A stretch of 64,000 nucleotides of DNA, from contig OZ037768.1 in assembly GCA_964035545.1 (NCBI GenBank), positions 2,388,741 through 2,452,740 of the forward strand, in the 5' to 3' direction. The translations under genes and the position numbers were made by a program. The first letter of the stretch is position 1. Every line of letters starts with the position of its first letter. Of the stretch, positions 60,111 through 64,000 are shown piece after piece. Under the pieces are notes generated by a model. The model searched no databases and was not told the DNA's origin. It worked only from the letters and a program-made list of their open reading frames with translations. Origin of the DNA: Bugula neritina. Lineage: Eukaryota; Animalia; Bryozoa.

Positions 60111-61983
60111 ATGATGATGCAGTGGCCGGACAACCATCTCAGTCTGAGTCATTCCACTGGATATAACCCTGGAGTATCAGCTAGTAAAGAAGTCTCTTCT
60201 AGTTCTACACCGACTCAAGTCACAACTTCACTGCATTCGGTAAATAGTAAGTCAGCCAACTCAGGGGAGTTACAAAGGGAGACATCGTCCACCGGCTCGT
60301 CAAGTCAAAGTGGATTTTCTACCGACCATCTTCAGTTCTGTTTGAGCATGCTTCCTCCTAGCTGCTCTTGTAAGTTGTTTTTGTTGCAGAAACTGTGTAA
60401 ACAAACATAACAGGTTTAATCTTTACACATATGTCTTGGCAATCAACAGATATTTTTTTCAAAAGTGCCACGATTACTGAGCAAAGCAAATCGCCTTTAA
60501 ATTGCTTTCCTTAGATGAGGGGTTATTTAAAATTTTTTTAGAGCATAGGCTTTTTTGGATAAATGATAATTTTTACTTGGTGGTGACTATGGTAAAATAT
60601 AATATTAATATAATACTTGTATCTTCATCTTGCTATTTTGTAAGCATGACTCTAAAAATTTATGTTAGGTTTACAAATTTCATAAAATAATTTGTTTTAT
60701 AAGTTTGGATTAACTAAATTACTCCTATAATAGTTTCACTGCGGTTTGGTGTAGATTTCTCTTTCAAAAGGACAGAAAAAACTCTTTTTGCATTGTCACC
60801 AAACAATTAACTTCTTAAATATGAAGTGAACATTTATGGGACAATTACACAGAAAATTCATTCATAGATTTTGGCAAGGACAGCCTGTGTGCTCCAACTC
60901 CATATGCAAGGATCAAATTCTAAACGTCCCAAACAAAAGATTTCAAATTTAAATTTCTGGCTTTCAATCAAAAAATATTTTTTCAGCAATGAGCAATGGA
61001 AAAATCAAATGTAGTTAATATTGGACTCGTGGGCTGCATGATTTAATTTTGTTGACAACTATTTTAATGGTTTATTTACCACTGCTACTTTAACAAGCTA
61101 TAACTGACTATTTACCTGTTACAGCATAGCCATATGTAAAGTATCAGAACAAATTATTTCTAACATCAAAAATTAGCTTACACGATTCCACTAACTTAAA
61201 AAAAACAAGAACTGATGTGATTGAACTTGTAGTTTGCGGAGTGCATCCTGTACAGTGGGGCCGAGATGAAGTACAACAATGGCTGAAATGGTGTATCGAT
61301 GAATTTTCCTTCACAGATGTTCAAACAGAGAAATTTGCTATGAACGGTAAGTAGGGCAATTAGGCACGATTGAATCGCTTCCCTATAGCAATGGTTTCGC
61401 TCTACTTAGTTTGTAAGCAACCTCTAAACTCATGATTCTATTTCCCAGTGGTGTTATTTTCTAGTTTCTTGCAGCAACTCACTATCAATATCTTAAAATA
61501 ATCACGTCTTAAAGCCATTCATCTTAGCACTATTACGGCATTGTTTTCCATGCAACACTCATGTTTAGGTTCATGTTATCTCATGGATATTTTTGTCAAG
61601 CTGGGTTAGTAACTTTTATTTCCTTGTTTGTTCTTGGCTTGTTAGGTTAGTCAAAGTCACATTGATTCTGACTCAATCAGTTGGTGGTGAATTATGTCGC
61701 CAACTCGTCTGCCTATGCATTGCTAAATATATATTGTGTTTTCGCCATCATTGATTTGTGAGACACTGCAACTATTTGCATATTTCATGATGTCATGTTA
61801 TAGCAAAACATCTACCCTATGCTGCTTTAGCTGGAAGTGTTTGTAGATTTTACTTTTTATCTTTTTAAGGTAAAGCTCTGATATTACTCAAGAAAGAAGA
61901 CTTCATTGAGCGAGCACAATCTGCAGGGGATGTGTTGTATAATGTGCTTCAGAAGCTGCTTGAAACGCAAAGTAAAAGCCCAT
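60111..61983 (+). CDS. ETV6: ETS transcription factor of the ETV6/ETV7/Yan (TEL) subfamily, 5' part with SAM-Pointed domain; continues beyond the window
   Basis: Exons 60111-60369, 61233-61346, 61870-61983 join in phase: ...LPPSCSFCGVHPVQWGRDEVQQWLKWCIDEFSFTDVQTEKFAMNGKALILLKKEDFIERAQSAGDVLYNVLQKLL, matching the MNGKAL..L...DF..R...GDVLY signature of TEL/Yan PNT domains. The ETS domain is not in the window. Confidence 0.85.
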
Positions 61984-64000
61984 GTAAGTGCTGACAACTC
62001 TTGGTCTTATTCTTTCACATGCTTTGTAAGTTCAAGTGGCTGACGAATGTACATCAGAAAATTTTCTCAATAATCCTCGTAACAGTTGCACAAATTTCCC
62101 TCTTCTGAATAAAAGAAGAAATTTGTTACCAATTTCAAATCTAATCAAAAAACTGTTTTCAAAAATAGCAATTTTCAACTTGTAAAAATAGAATAGTACA
62201 TATTTGAATATTTTAATTCAGTAACTGCTATATTCACACAGATTTCAATTATTTACCAGACCTATTCCAGGATTCACTGGTACACAATCGTAATTTTGAT
62301 ATTTTAGTCAGTTGCATTTGTAAAAAATCAATAATCCCTCAAATTTTAAATAAAGACTTTAGTTTAATTAGCTGAAATACTAGAGCAATTATAAACTAGC
62401 TTTCTGCTGAAATATCGTAATAAAACTCACCTGGGAGAAATCTGGCCATGGGCATGTCATTGGATTATTAACCTCTCTGGACTGGTCAGTCAGAGTTTCA
62501 TTGATTTATATCAAGGCCAATGGAAAGGCTTGTGGGCCGATTATATCTCAATGAAAACAATTAAAATTAATCACGTACTGCTAATTCAATAGCTCAGGTC
62601 ACAGAAAATGTTTAATCACACTTAATTACAGCATTGATCTGCTTCTCAAGGTCATAACAAGTTCTCCACAAACCCTCTGTTGTCTAAAGGAATGAGTTTT
62701 AAAATATACAAGTTTATGTTTGCGTTAGTCGATCACCAAATTTTTGCTGCCGTAGAAATAGATGCTATTTATAGTAAAAATAGCAATCTCTGATGTCAAA
62801 TATAATTGGATTCCACTTTATGCAAAACAGCAGATGAAACAACCTACTTCATCCTTGAACATTATGTCACATAGGCAGCATGCTGCCGGCAGTAATACTC
62901 AAGGATATTTTGTTAGGATGTTTGTTTCTTTTAAAATGTCAATTGGATCATCCGGGTGTATGAACAGGATATGGGTGTCTGTTGGCAACCCAAGTTTGCT
63001 CCACTGGTGCGGTGACATCACTAATTAAATGACATTGCGAAATACCTGCCTGTTCAAAAATAACAAAGTAAATCAATAGGAGCTAAGCAGCTGGTTGAGT
63101 TGCCAGCGAAATCACCAACTGATGACATAATAGCTGGACACAGACATCATGACGATATGTCAAGGTATAACAGGTCATATCAACAACATAAACAAACAGT
63201 TTCCTAAGTCATAACATCAGCACCCAACATATTTGTCTCTAAACTTTTGGCTGACAACTTATTGGTTGGCTACTTGAGACTTGTTGCTTTCTGGGTAAAC
63301 GTTTTCAGCTCTCAGAAGTGCAAGAGGAAGCAATGGCTGCCACATGAAAGTCTTCTAGTTATTTGTGCTCATTTTCCGCTAACAACTTGTCTAAATATGG
63401 GAATAACTACAAGCAGATTGCTGACTATTCAACTATCCATACACAGCTAACAATCAATATTGAGGAAGTAGTGAGACTGTAGAAAGACTGTATGGCTATG
63501 GTTTATTATTAGCTGATTGTTTTGTGGATGAATTATTAATTGAGGGCAAACAGCGATAGGATGTGTCAATAGTCTTATCTATTTCCTGGGAAAGGTTACA
63601 CAGGAAATCACCAATTTAATTAAGCACCTGGCAACCACATTGCTGTTTCCACTCACAATAGCGATCAGGCCTCTACACCATGCAGTAACACGCATAAAGA
63701 CAGCTTGCAGTGGTTAGCTGCTGCCAACTCTATTTTCTTTGATAATTGCTTTCATATTTCTCTGCGGTTTTTTTCATCCAGGCTAGCAAAATAATTATGC
63801 TAATTTAATATAGACTTGAAAAGGCAGAGCAGGATCTAAATGACACAAATATTAGGTTTTATATTCTCTTTCCACTTCCACCTACTATTATTACCGCCAA
63901 GTCATGCAGACTGTATGTGGAAATACCTTATCATTTCCGCAGGTGTTCCTCATAAAAACACCTTTAAGTTCCTGTAACTATAAGAATAATGGGAATATAA

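Overview
AT-rich, intron-dense genomic DNA from an animal, probably an invertebrate; the species cannot be fixed from sequence alone. I assembled seven spliced protein-coding genes by hand from GT-AG junctions, with consistent reading-frame phases. In order: NSUN2 tRNA m5C methyltransferase (-, 18 coding exons, with a tRNA-Asn(GTT) gene inside one intron); a 9-finger C2H2 zinc-finger gene (+); FBXL13/DRC6 (-); a homeodomain-type ceramide synthase (+); an uncharacterised ~342-aa probable chromatin protein (+); an SGLT-type SLC5 sodium/sugar cotransporter (-); and the 5' part of an ETV6/Yan-type ETS factor (+). Several MITE-like inverted-repeat elements, a tRNA-derived SINE and many intronic minisatellites are also present. 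Three observations stand out. (1) The SLC5 gene carries a frame-enforced pair of mutually exclusive paralogous exons that swap the glycosylated extracellular loop and the sugar-binding WYW helix, with Ser versus Gly at the position equivalent to hSGLT1 T287. (2) 'Drifting' 6-nt-periodic tracts flank essentially every inferred transcription start, including the Pol III tRNA gene, and I did not notice them in gene bodies. (3) Tandem repeats repeatedly copy the splice donor or acceptor itself, giving arrays of up to 10-16 competing splice sites. Most ORFs in the supplied track are exon fragments or repeat artefacts.
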